A stretch of 64,000 nucleotides of DNA, taken from contig JBEKNE010000001.1 of assembly GCA_049523135.1 (NCBI GenBank), positions 651,234 to 715,233 on the forward strand, read 5' to 3'. The notes beneath the pieces are model-generated. The model was given only the letters and a program-made list of their open reading frames with translations, had not been told where the DNA came from and searched no databases. Positions 1-8,538 of the stretch are shown here, in pieces. The translations under genes were made by a program, and so were the position numbers. The DNA is from Candidatus Microgenomates bacterium (lineage in GTDB: Bacteria > Patescibacteriota > Microgenomatia > UBA8517). Each line of letters starts with the position of its first letter. The stretch's first letter is position 1.

Positions 1-285
1 GATGATCTCAACCAAATCGGCAAGATTGTCCGATCCGAAACAAGAAAAATAGTTTTATCAGAAACTCCGGAAATTGTCCGATCTGAAACTATAAAAATTG
101 TTCAATCTGAAACTCCAAAAATTGTTCAATCCGAGACCGGTAAAATAATTAAGCCACTAAAGTCAGACATCTCCAAAATCAGAAAAGATGTCGATACTAT
201 GCTTTCGATGTTTGATCGAGAATACGTCGACCTAAGGAAAAGAGTCGAAAGAATAGAAGAACACTTGGGCTTCAATCAAAACTAA
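1..285 (+). CDS. 5'-truncated small coiled-coil hypothetical protein with 8-aa tandem repeats
   Basis: Not in the ORF track. Frame 1 is open from the window start to TAA at 283-285: DDLNQIGKIVRSETRKIVLSETPEIVRSETIKIVQSETPKIVQSETGKIIKPLKSDISKIRKDVDTMLSMFDREYVDLRKRVERIEEHLGFNQN. Confidence 0.75.
   Translation, partial: DDLNQIGKIVRSETRKIVLSETPEIVRSETIKIVQSETPKIVQSETGKIIKPLKSDISKIRKDVDTMLSMFDREYVDLRKRVERIEEHLGFNQN
22..141 (+). repeat. 5 x 24-bp degenerate tandem repeat encoding (K/E)IVxSETx
   Basis: Units translate as KIVRSETR/KIVLSETP/EIVRSETI/KIVQSETP/KIVQSETG. Confidence 0.85.
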
Positions 286-288
286 ACT

Positions 289-1512
289 TTATTCATATCT
301 CAAAGCCTCAATTGGCTGAAGATTTGCCGCCTTCTGGGCAGGGTACCAGCCGAAGATGACTCCAATGGCACCAGAAACTCCAACCGCCAAAGCAATTGAA
401 CTAATGGCAATTGTAAACGGCAAACTGATAACTTTAGAAATACCAAATGAGGCCGCTACCCCAACCATCATTCCGATTACGCCACCCGCAAAGGTAAGAA
501 TAATCGATTCGATTAAAAACTGGGCAATAATATCTTTCTTTTTGGCTCCCAAGGCTTTCCTAAGTCCTATCTCACGCGTTCTTTCGGTTACGGTAACGAG
601 CATTATATTCATAATTCCTATTCCGCCTACAATAAGAGAAATCGCGGCAATGCCAGAAAGGAGTGCCGTAAAAGTTCCTGTTACGGAGCTTACTGTTGAA
701 AGAATGTCATTCTGGGAAATAATCGTAAAATCGGCCTGAGTCGGATCGCTGATTTTGTGACGATCAAGAAGCAGGTATCCAACCTCGTCTTCAGCCGCAT
801 TCATTACATTTGAGCTTTTTGCTTGTACTACCACCGAAGTCACACTTACCGATCCAAAAAGTGAATTCATGGCAGTCGAGAGCGGAATATAAATTACATC
901 GTCCGCATTTCCAAAACCGGTTCCACCTTTGCTGACTGTTACTCCGATAATCTTAAAAGCCTGTCCTTGGATTCTTATGGACTGCCCTACAGGATCGGTA
1001 TTGGAGTTAAATAAATTCGACGCGGTAGTGGGGCCAATAACTGCAACTTTGGCCTGTTTCGCATTGTCATTGTCCGAAATAAACTGTCCTTCAGAAACAC
1101 TGACTTTGTGGATAGACGCATAGATTGCCTCAACTCCGGTAATTGAAGTATTGGTATTATTGCTCCCTGCAGTTACCTGTGCACGCCTTGAATATTCAGG
1201 GGAAACTGCGGAAACATCCGTTACTGTTGACGAACTCATAATTGCATTCGCATCGTCCAGTGTAAGAGTTGTTGCACTCCCCGCTCCACCTCTAATAAAT
1301 CCGCCCTGCTGACTTCCTGGTGATACCGTCAAAAGATTAGCTCCAAGAGACTCTATTTGATTTGAAACAGATTGCTGCGACCCTTGGCCCAAGGACACCA
1401 GAGCAATAACGCTTCCTATTCCGATGATTATTCCCAGCATTGCCAACCCTGTTCTTAATTTATTTATTGTCAGGGTTCTTACCGCCTCTTCGACTATTTC
1501 TTTATATTCCAT
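289..1512 (-). CDS. MacB/FtsX-family ABC transporter permease
   Basis: NKLRTGLAMLGIIIGIGSVI at the N-terminus; GGIGIMNIMLVTVTERTREIGLRKALGA; C-terminal PIEALRYE. Confidence 0.95.
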   Translation of the reverse strand: MEYKEIVEEAVRTLTINKLRTGLAMLGIIIGIGSVIALVSLGQGSQQSVSNQIESLGANLLTVSPGSQQGGFIRGGAGSATTLTLDDANAIMSSSTVTDVSAVSPEYSRRAQVTAGSNNTNTSITGVEAIYASIHKVSVSEGQFISDNDNAKQAKVAVIGPTTASNLFNSNTDPVGQSIRIQGQAFKIIGVTVSKGGTGFGNADDVIYIPLSTAMNSLFGSVSVTSVVVQAKSSNVMNAAEDEVGYLLLDRHKISDPTQADFTIISQNDILSTVSSVTGTFTALLSGIAAISLIVGGIGIMNIMLVTVTERTREIGLRKALGAKKKDIIAQFLIESIILTFAGGVIGMMVGVAASFGISKVISLPFTIAISSIALAVGVSGAIGVIFGWYPAQKAANLQPIEALRYE

Positions 1513-1514
1513 TT

Positions 1515-2219
1515 TTATGCAATAAGGTGCTGTTTATGTCCGTTCCCGTCTTTAACAATTTTTCCGTCCCGAATATGAATAATGCGCTTGGCGTGCTCGG
1601 CAATATCCGGCTCATGGGTAATCATTATAATTGTATGACCTTCCTTGTTTAATTTCTGAAAAATTGCCATAACTTCTTCCGCCTGGTCACTGGCAATATT
1701 TCCCGTCGGTTCATCCGCCAAAATAATTGACGGGTTAAGGGATAGTGCCCGGGCAATCGCGACTCTTTGTTGTTGTCCTCCGGAAAGCTGGGACGTTGTG
1801 TGGTCCATCCTGTCCCCCAAGCCCACCATTTTCAAATATTTTTCGGCGATCTCAAGTCTTTTCTCTTTTGGAATTCCGGCATACATCATCGGAATTGTCA
1901 CATTCTTTAAAGCTGAAGTTCGCGGAAGAAGATTAAAGGCCTGGAAAACAAAACCAATTTTTCTGTTTCTTATACCGGCAAGCTCATCATCAGTAAGTTT
2001 TTCTACATTTTCCCCATCCAGTATATAAGTTCCGGAAGTTGGGGTGTCAAGAGCCCCCAAGATATGCATCAGGGTGCTTTTTCCGGATCCGGAAGGACCC
2101 ATTATCGCTACAAATTCACCCTTTTCGATATTAAAAGAGACATCATCAAGAGCCATTGTCTCGGCTTCACCTGTGTTGTAAATTTTCGAAACGTGGGAAA
2201 CAGAAATAAGGGAACTCAT
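1515..2219 (-). CDS. MacB/LolD-type ABC transporter ATP-binding protein
   Basis: Walker [10 protein letters not shown], signature [15 protein letters not shown], Walker B ILADEPTG. Confidence 0.95.
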   Translation of the reverse strand: MSSLISVSHVSKIYNTGEAETMALDDVSFNIEKGEFVAIMGPSGSGKSTLMHILGALDTPTSGTYILDGENVEKLTDDELAGIRNRKIGFVFQAFNLLPRTSALKNVTIPMMYAGIPKEKRLEIAEKYLKMVGLGDRMDHTTSQLSGGQQQRVAIARALSLNPSIILADEPTGNIASDQAEEVMAIFQKLNKEGHTIIMITHEPDIAEHAKRIIHIRDGKIVKDGNGHKQHLIA

Positions 2220-2220
2220 G

Positions 2221-3546
2221 TTATCTCCCTCCTGTGGTTACTCTAGTCGCACCCCCAACACCTCTCAAGGAACTACTGAATACCGATGTTCCGGTCGAGG
2301 AAGTTGTAGAAGAAGTCTTTGAAACAGTACCTGTTATAACAGTTTCGCCTTCGGTTAATCCTGAAGTAATAACCGTATTTGTATCGTCGGATATTCCGGT
2401 TTCAACTGCAACATCAACCTCTTTGCCGTTTACTAAAGTTTTGGCATAAGTTGTCCCGCTTTGGGTAACAAGAGCGCTTGAAGGAACATAAAGAGCATCG
2501 GTTGCGGTATTAACAATAATATCCGCAGTTGCCGCCATATTGGGTAATATTTGATCACTGCCGGAGTCCAGCTTGATATTTACTCCATAGCTTGTGACGT
2601 TACTTACTACCGTTCCGATTCTGTCAACCGTTGCCACAACTCCGGTAAAAGTTGCGTCCGTAATTGAGTCAAAAGTAATAGTTGCCTTCTGACCTACTTG
2701 GACATTTGGAACATCGGTTTCACCCAGCGTGACATTAATAATCGGGGTTGCACTATTTTGAATTACGGCAATCCTTTGAGAAGAAACGGCTCCGGTTGTT
2801 GAGTTCGTACTGGCGGTTATTACCATTCCCTCAACCAAATTAATGTCGGTAATTGTTCCCGTATAAGGGGCGGTTATGGTTGGAGAGCTAAGCTGAAGAT
2901 TAATCGCCGAATTGCTTAAAGCAATTTGGGCCTGACTAAGGGTTGTCTGCTGATTTTCAAAACTTGCTTCGGAAGAAAGCCATGCGTCATTTTCCTCAAT
3001 GTAAGTTGGGTCATCAGTCGCAAGAGTTCTCGCAACTGCGTCATTCATAAACTTCTGATTGGCAACATACTCGGCAGACTGAAGATTATAGTAAGCATTT
3101 TGGGCGGAAACCAAAGCACTTTCGGCCGAATAATAACCGGAGAGTGCCGAAGCATATTGCTGTTGACCCGCCTGATCTGTCGTAATATCGGCAATTTTCT
3201 GGCCTTTGACAACCTTGTCCTCGTCTTTAACATAAACTTTTGTAACAATTCCTGAAGTATCCGTACTTATGGGAAGAACACTGGTTGAGATAGCCCTACC
3301 CGATGCAGAAATAGTGGAAACAATGGTTCCCTTCTGAACGGTTGATGTTTGGTAGGTAACTTTGGAACTATTTGCTGAAGCTATTTTCCAAATGCCGCCA
3401 ATAATGATGACGAGGATAACTGCCGCTCCAATCAGTCTTTTTTTATCAGCGGTTAGCCAGCCCCAAAAAGCACCAATTTTGCTCCAAATACCAGTTTTAA
3501 CAGGTTTTTCGGTTTCTTCCGGTTTCATCTTAGTTTTTCTTGCCAT
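2221..3546 (-). CDS. MacA/HlyD-family efflux adaptor (membrane fusion protein)
   Basis: N-terminal TM, lipoyl-like halves (VKDEDKVVKGQKIA; ITAPYTGTIT), YVPSSAL; in an operon with the MacB genes. ATG 3546 is preferred to the GTG start at 3567. Confidence 0.9.
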   Translation of the reverse strand: MARKTKMKPEETEKPVKTGIWSKIGAFWGWLTADKKRLIGAAVILVIIIGGIWKIASANSSKVTYQTSTVQKGTIVSTISASGRAISTSVLPISTDTSGIVTKVYVKDEDKVVKGQKIADITTDQAGQQQYASALSGYYSAESALVSAQNAYYNLQSAEYVANQKFMNDAVARTLATDDPTYIEENDAWLSSEASFENQQTTLSQAQIALSNSAINLQLSSPTITAPYTGTITDINLVEGMVITASTNSTTGAVSSQRIAVIQNSATPIINVTLGETDVPNVQVGQKATITFDSITDATFTGVVATVDRIGTVVSNVTSYGVNIKLDSGSDQILPNMAATADIIVNTATDALYVPSSALVTQSGTTYAKTLVNGKEVDVAVETGISDDTNTVITSGLTEGETVITGTVSKTSSTTSSTGTSVFSSSLRGVGGATRVTTGGR

Positions 3547-3595
3547 ATTCAGTGTAAGCCTTTTCACGCTATACCTGCAAGTCTATCGTAAGTAG

Positions 3596-3628
3596 TCTGA
3601 AAGGAAGCTTAAAGGAAATATAAAGGAA
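3596..3628 (-). promoter_or_regulatory. Probable OmpR/PhoB-family binding site (11-bp spaced direct repeats)
   Basis: AAAGGAA at 3600, 3611 and 3622, just upstream of the macA-like gene. Confidence 0.55.
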
Positions 3629-3631
3629 TTT

Positions 3632-4606
3632 TTAAAGCATTACCGTGAAGGTTGTTCCTTTTCCGATTTTGCTTTTTACGGAAATTTTACCGCCGTGGGC
3701 ATCTACTATTGATTTTGCAATTGAAAGTCCAAGCCCATATCCGTCAGTCCCCCGGGATTTATCGGACCTGTAAAATCTGTCAAAAATATGCGGCAGATCT
3801 TCAGCCGGAATTCCCATTCCGTGATCCTCGACTTCCAGCATTCCCCCTTCTTTGGTTCTAACTTCAACCACTGTCTTTTTGGGAGAATACTTAAACGCAT
3901 TTTCAAGTAGGATTGTGGTTAGTTCGATGAGTGAATCTTCATTTCCTTTAACAATTGATTTATGAAGGTTTACCGCAACCTTCTTTCCGTCAACCGCTTT
4001 TTTAACAACCTCCCGTAAATCGATTTCTTTCATCTCAAGCACCCCTTTGCCGTTTTCAAATTTATTCAGTTCGAGTAGATAGTTCGAAAGTTTTTGCATT
4101 TTATCCACATCCTCAAGATTGCTTTTCAGAAGCGATTTTGCACCCAGAATACTCAACCTTCTATCTCTCAGGGCAACTTCAATTTCCGTTTTAAGCGAGG
4201 TCAGAGGGGTTCTAAGCTCATGACTGGCGTTTCCGACAAATTCTTTCTGCTCATCCATCATCTTTTTAATAGGATCCAAAGTTTGCTCAGCCAAAAAATA
4301 TCCGCCAAGACTCGATAAAACCAAAATAGAGACATTAATAAGGCCCAGTGCCCAGATAATTCTCATCCTTGCCTGTTCCACCGTTTCCGAATCGGCCGGC
4401 TGATTTTCAGGAGGAACCGGAAGGCCCTGAGAAATTAAAATACTATCGATGGTATCAACTCTTTGCTGCCTAGAGCGCTGCATGTTATCAACCCTAGTCA
4501 GTTCTCCGTTAACTCCGACATAAATTGCCACGGAAAAACTAAGGCTAATCGCCATAATAATAGCCAGGTACCATGCAGTTAACTTAATTCTTGCTTCTTT
4601 AAACAT
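3632..4606 (-). CDS. Sensor histidine kinase (HisKA/HATPase_c)
   Basis: Two TM helices, H-box ASHELRTPL, N-box LLENAFKYS, DHGMGI, GYGLGLSIA. Confidence 0.95.
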   Translation of the reverse strand: MFKEARIKLTAWYLAIIMAISLSFSVAIYVGVNGELTRVDNMQRSRQQRVDTIDSILISQGLPVPPENQPADSETVEQARMRIIWALGLINVSILVLSSLGGYFLAEQTLDPIKKMMDEQKEFVGNASHELRTPLTSLKTEIEVALRDRRLSILGAKSLLKSNLEDVDKMQKLSNYLLELNKFENGKGVLEMKEIDLREVVKKAVDGKKVAVNLHKSIVKGNEDSLIELTTILLENAFKYSPKKTVVEVRTKEGGMLEVEDHGMGIPAEDLPHIFDRFYRSDKSRGTDGYGLGLSIAKSIVDAHGGKISVKSKIGKGTTFTVML

Positions 4607-4613
4607 AATTCAA

Positions 4614-5267
4614 TTATTCCACCTTGTAGCCAAAACCCCTTACGGTTTTAATTAAGTTGCTACCGATTTTGTCACGGAGATAGCCGATAAAAACTTCAAC
4701 CGTGTTAGGCAAGATATCGGCTTCATAATCCCAAACATGGGCAATTATATTTTCTTTGGAAACAACCCTTCCGGCATTTCTCATTAAATACTCCAGAAGT
4801 GCAAACTCCTTGCGGGAAAGTTCCACCGGCTTTCCCCCGACTTTTACTTCAAAAGTATTTGTATCAAGTTCCAAATCCCTGACTTTTAATTTATTACTTT
4901 TAGCCTCACGGGGACGCCTGGCAAGAGCTTTTACCCTAGCCAAAAGCTCTTCAAAAGCAAAAGGTTTAATAAGATAGTCGTCTGCCCCGCTATTTAAACC
5001 TTCAAGCTTATCTGATAGCTCCCCACGGGCCGTCAGCATCAAGATTGGTGTATGATTTTCTGCCGCTCTCAGCTTCTTGCAAATCTCCATTCCGTCCATT
5101 TTAGGAAGCATTAAATCAAGCACGATCACATCATATTCTTCTGAAGAAGCCATATCATAGCCCTCTTCACCATCATAGGCCACGTCGGTAGCCCAGGTTT
5201 CCTGTTCAAATCCGCGCTTTATGGAGTTGGCAATTTTATGTTCATCTTCAACAACCAGAATTCTCAT
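4614..5267 (-). CDS. OmpR/PhoB-family response regulator
   Basis: MRILVVEDE, LDLMLP phospho-acceptor, winged-helix C-terminus IKTVRGFGYK. ATG 5267 chosen as start. Confidence 0.95.
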   Translation of the reverse strand: MRILVVEDEHKIANSIKRGFEQETWATDVAYDGEEGYDMASSEEYDVIVLDLMLPKMDGMEICKKLRAAENHTPILMLTARGELSDKLEGLNSGADDYLIKPFAFEELLARVKALARRPREAKSNKLKVRDLELDTNTFEVKVGGKPVELSRKEFALLEYLMRNAGRVVSKENIIAHVWDYEADILPNTVEVFIGYLRDKIGSNLIKTVRGFGYKVE

Positions 5268-5293
5268 GTCTAGGTTCATATTATACCAAAAAT

Positions 5294-5311
5294 GCTGAAA
5301 AATAGCTGAAA
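5294..5311. promoter_or_regulatory. Probable response-regulator box (GCTGAAA x2, 11-bp spacing)
   Basis: GCTGAAA at 5294 and 5305 in the divergent intergenic region; resembles the CT(G/T)AAAG units at 3596-3617. Confidence 0.45.
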
Positions 5312-5367
5312 GAGGGCATTGATTATCACTTGAAAGGAATGACTACCATGATATACAATCTTCTATT

Positions 5368-6168
5368 GTGGCAAACGATAATATTATTGAAGTAAAAAAT
5401 TTAGTTAAAAAATTCGGAGATTATACCGCAGTAGATAATCTCTCGTTTGAAGTTAAACGGGGCGAAGTATTTGCTTTCCTTGGCCCGAACGGTGCAGGAA
5501 AAACGACCTCAATAAAAATGTTGACGACTCTTCTACTTCCAACTTCAGGTAGTATCTCAATAAACGGTTTCGATCCTATTAGGCAGCAGCATGAAACCAG
5601 AAAATCTTTCGGAATTGTTTTTCAAGATCCCTCTCTCGACGACGAACTGACGGCCTACGAAAACCTTGAATATCACGGGATTTTGTACGGGGTGCCGAAA
5701 GGTTTAAGAAGACAAAGGATTGAAGAACTTTTGAAATATGTCGATCTTTGGGAAAGACGTAATTCTTTAATCAAAACTTTTTCGGGAGGAATGAAGAGAA
5801 GGCTTGAAATTGCCAGAGGGCTTCTCCATCACCCCAAGATCTTTTTCCTGGACGAGCCAACTCTCGGGCTCGATCCTCAAACCAGAAATCACATCTGGAG
5901 CTATATTAAAAAATTAAATAAAGATGAGGGAATTACGGTATTTTTTACAACCCATTATATGGACGAAGCCGCAAAGGCGGCAGACCGAGTTGCTATTATC
6001 GATCGCGGAAAGATTATTGAAACCGGAACTGTGCAACAACTTCTTAAAAAGACCAAGACAAGTTCCTTAGAGGATGCATTTCTGAGCTTGACAGGACATG
6101 AGATAAGAGATGAAGCCGTAAGCGCGCACGAAGCTTTTAGAGCTCATCACCAAATGCATAGTAGGTAA
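5368..6168 (+). CDS. DrrA-family ABC transporter ATP-binding protein
   Basis: GPNGAGKTT, FSGGMKRRLEIARGL, FLDEPTLGLDPQTR, TTHYMDEA. Confidence 0.93.
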   Translation: MANDNIIEVKNLVKKFGDYTAVDNLSFEVKRGEVFAFLGPNGAGKTTSIKMLTTLLLPTSGSISINGFDPIRQQHETRKSFGIVFQDPSLDDELTAYENLEYHGILYGVPKGLRRQRIEELLKYVDLWERRNSLIKTFSGGMKRRLEIARGLLHHPKIFFLDEPTLGLDPQTRNHIWSYIKKLNKDEGITVFFTTHYMDEAAKAADRVAIIDRGKIIETGTVQQLLKKTKTSSLEDAFLSLTGHEIRDEAVSAHEAFRAHHQMHSR

Positions 6169-6178
6169 AATAAAATAT

Positions 6179-6925
6179 ATGAACAGTATTTACATTCTCT
6201 GGTTGAGACAACTTAAAAGGTATTTCAGATCTCGTTCCAGAATGATCGGATCTTTGGGACAACCAATTCTTTTTCTGGTTGCGCTGGGATTTGGCTTAGG
6301 CCCCGTTTTTGCTAAAGCCGGTCAGGGAAATTATCTTGAATTCATCGCTCCCGGAATAATTTCCATGAGCATTCTTTTTACGGCAATTTTTTCAGGAATT
6401 GAAATTATCTGGGACAGACAATTTGGATTTTTAAAAGAAACTTTGGTAGCTCCCATTACCAGATGGCAGATAATGATCGGAAGAACTCTGGGAGGGGCAA
6501 CAGTAGCCGTCTTTCAGGGAATAATTGTTCTCCTTCTTTCTCTTCTTTTCGGATTCAGAATTGAAACTTTTGTTTTAATTCCCCAGATGCTTATTTTTAT
6601 GCTTCTAATTGCCCTTCTTTTTACCGCTCTCGGAACCGCAATCGCGTCAGTTCTCGAAGATATGCAGGGGTTTCAACTAATCATGAACTTTTTGGTGATG
6701 CCTTTCTTCTTCCTTTCCGGAGCACTTTTTCCTCTTCAGGGAGTTCCAAAAGTTTTGGAAGTTATTGCCAGTATTGATCCCCTTTCTTACGGAGTTGATG
6801 GTCTAAGAGGTGCTATCACAGGATCCTTCCATTTCGGACTTTCAATCGACTTGATTGTCCTTTCTTCCGCTACAGCAATTCTTATAGGGATTGGTACATA
6901 TCTTTTCTCCAAAATACAAATTTGA
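6179..6925 (+). CDS. DrrB/ABC-2 type transporter permease
   Basis: About 6 TM helices, WDRQFGFLKETLVAP, FLSGALFPL, DPLSYGVDGLR. Confidence 0.92.
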   Translation: MNSIYILWLRQLKRYFRSRSRMIGSLGQPILFLVALGFGLGPVFAKAGQGNYLEFIAPGIISMSILFTAIFSGIEIIWDRQFGFLKETLVAPITRWQIMIGRTLGGATVAVFQGIIVLLLSLLFGFRIETFVLIPQMLIFMLLIALLFTALGTAIASVLEDMQGFQLIMNFLVMPFFFLSGALFPLQGVPKVLEVIASIDPLSYGVDGLRGAITGSFHFGLSIDLIVLSSATAILIGIGTYLFSKIQI

Positions 6926-6933
6926 AATCCAAT

Positions 6934-7257
6934 ATGACCAAGTACAAAGAATACTTCGACAAAATGGTTTCGGAAAATAAGGAAGCTTTTTATAAATTTA
7001 CACGCGCACATTTTGAATATTCAATCGATCAAAATAAAAACCAGGAGGAATTCAACAGAGAAGGTGAAAAAATTCTCAAAATTATCCACGAATGGGAAGA
7101 CAGACTCTGCAAGCACTCGGAAGGTGCCGGATTCGGAAAATATACTTCCTCTTTAGCCGAAAAATTTCAGGATGAAGTCAAAAGCCACTTTCCCCTAATT
7201 GATCACGTAGGAATAATTGTCAATAAGTTCTCCCTTAAGAAAATTAAACTGAATTAG
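6934..7257 (+). CDS. Hypothetical protein
   Basis: Helical, charged ORF of about 107 aa directly after the permease; ATG 6934. Confidence 0.75.
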   Translation: MTKYKEYFDKMVSENKEAFYKFTRAHFEYSIDQNKNQEEFNREGEKILKIIHEWEDRLCKHSEGAGFGKYTSSLAEKFQDEVKSHFPLIDHVGIIVNKFSLKKIKLN

Positions 7258-7269
7258 TTATCCTTTCAG

Positions 7270-7875
7270 TTATAAAGCGATCAGTATCGCTCCTACAATT
7301 ACCACAACTCCAACTCCGGCGCCAACAATAGTAGGCCAACCAGTTCCCGTAACCGGAATGGGCCTTGGGGTAGTTTGCACATAAGGGGTCGCTGATGCTG
7401 ATGCTGTCGCTGTAGCCGTCGGGGTTGCACTGGCAGAGGCGGTTGGTGTCAAAGTCGGTGAAGGCGTGACTGTCGCCGTTGAACAAAGCGTTAAATCCGT
7501 AGTCCATGAAGAGTTTTGAGTAGGACAACAATACTGTTGCGACCCGCAGGTTGCAATTGTCCCAACATTCGCAATGCTCGAACAACTTATTTGTTCCGGT
7601 GTTCCGTCTGCATTCGGGGAAGCACAACTCATCAAAAGAGTCGTTTGTCCGGCTACGGGACAGGCTTCAGCCCCCGGACAAAGATTTGCCGCAGCTTTTT
7701 CCTGAATATTTTGCTGCTGCTTAACAAGCAGAACGCCCGCCGCAACACTCAGTGCCAAAAAAAGAGTTACAACAACGCCTATTATTATTCCTGTTTTACC
7801 GACTTTCCGAGGTTTTTTGCCGGTGACCATCTCAAAAGGAGGTGTACCATTTGTTTCATTATTTTGAGTGGGCAT
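7270..7875 (-). CDS. Cys-rich, Thr/Pro-linker surface protein with N-terminal TM and C-terminal IPVTG + TM anchor
   Basis: TM then QQQNIQEKAA; 8 Cys; TPSPTLTPTASASATPT linker; PIPVTG followed by a hydrophobic helix. Confidence 0.85.
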   Translation of the reverse strand: MPTQNNETNGTPPFEMVTGKKPRKVGKTGIIIGVVVTLFLALSVAAGVLLVKQQQNIQEKAAANLCPGAEACPVAGQTTLLMSCASPNADGTPEQISCSSIANVGTIATCGSQQYCCPTQNSSWTTDLTLCSTATVTPSPTLTPTASASATPTATATASASATPYVQTTPRPIPVTGTGWPTIVGAGVGVVVIVGAILIAL

Positions 7876-7890
7876 ATTAATTATATTATC

Positions 7891-8538
7891 TCACAACTGT
7901 GCAATTAGTTTTGGTGTTATTTCCGAAAACTTTCCAACAATTAAATCAGCACCGGTGAGATTTTTCTCATCTTCCAGATCAGAAATTATTATCACCTTCA
8001 TTCCTGCACTTTTGGCCGCATCAATATCCGATTGTGTATCGCCAATAACCAAACAGTCTTTTGCTGGCACGTCCAGCTTATCGGCAGCCAACAAAAAGGC
8101 ATCAGGAAAAGGTTTTTTGTTCAAAATTTCCTCACCTGTTACTGTAGCATCAAAAACTCCATCAAGGTCCAACTTTTTAAAAACTTCTTCAACCACCCAC
8201 CATTCACAATTTGTTGCTAATGCAATCTCAATATTGCTTTCTCTCAAATTTTCAAGAAAATTTCTCGCCCCTTCAATTAATTTAATGTCCTGTAAAAATT
8301 TTACATAATGTTTATAAGTTAGACTTTTCAGCTCATCCAAAGTTTTATCCGTTGTAATATTGTACTTAACGAGGAGAATGCGCCAGTTATCTTCTATACC
8401 AACTCCAGGAATTTCAGGATGCTCACTAATAGGCTCCTTTCCTAAACTCTTCAAAACCTCGGAGAAGGCTTTACTCCACAGGCCACTACTATTTATGAGT
8501 GTTCCATCGAGATCAAAAATTACGGCGGAGAGTATCAT
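7891..8538 (-). CDS. HAD-IA family phosphatase (beta-phosphoglucomutase-like)
   Basis: FDLDGTL, KKPFPD, IGDTQSDIDAA. Confidence 0.92.
   Translation of the reverse strand: MILSAVIFDLDGTLINSSGLWSKAFSEVLKSLGKEPISEHPEIPGVGIEDNWRILLVKYNITTDKTLDELKSLTYKHYVKFLQDIKLIEGARNFLENLRESNIEIALATNCEWWVVEEVFKKLDLDGVFDATVTGEEILNKKPFPDAFLLAADKLDVPAKDCLVIGDTQSDIDAAKSAGMKVIIISDLEDEKNLTGADLIVGKFSEITPKLIAQL

Noticed and set aside
22-141. Regular repeats as a possible CRISPR array
   Set aside because: The units are contiguous, degenerate, codon-phased 24-mers with no spacers, and no cas genes are in the window.
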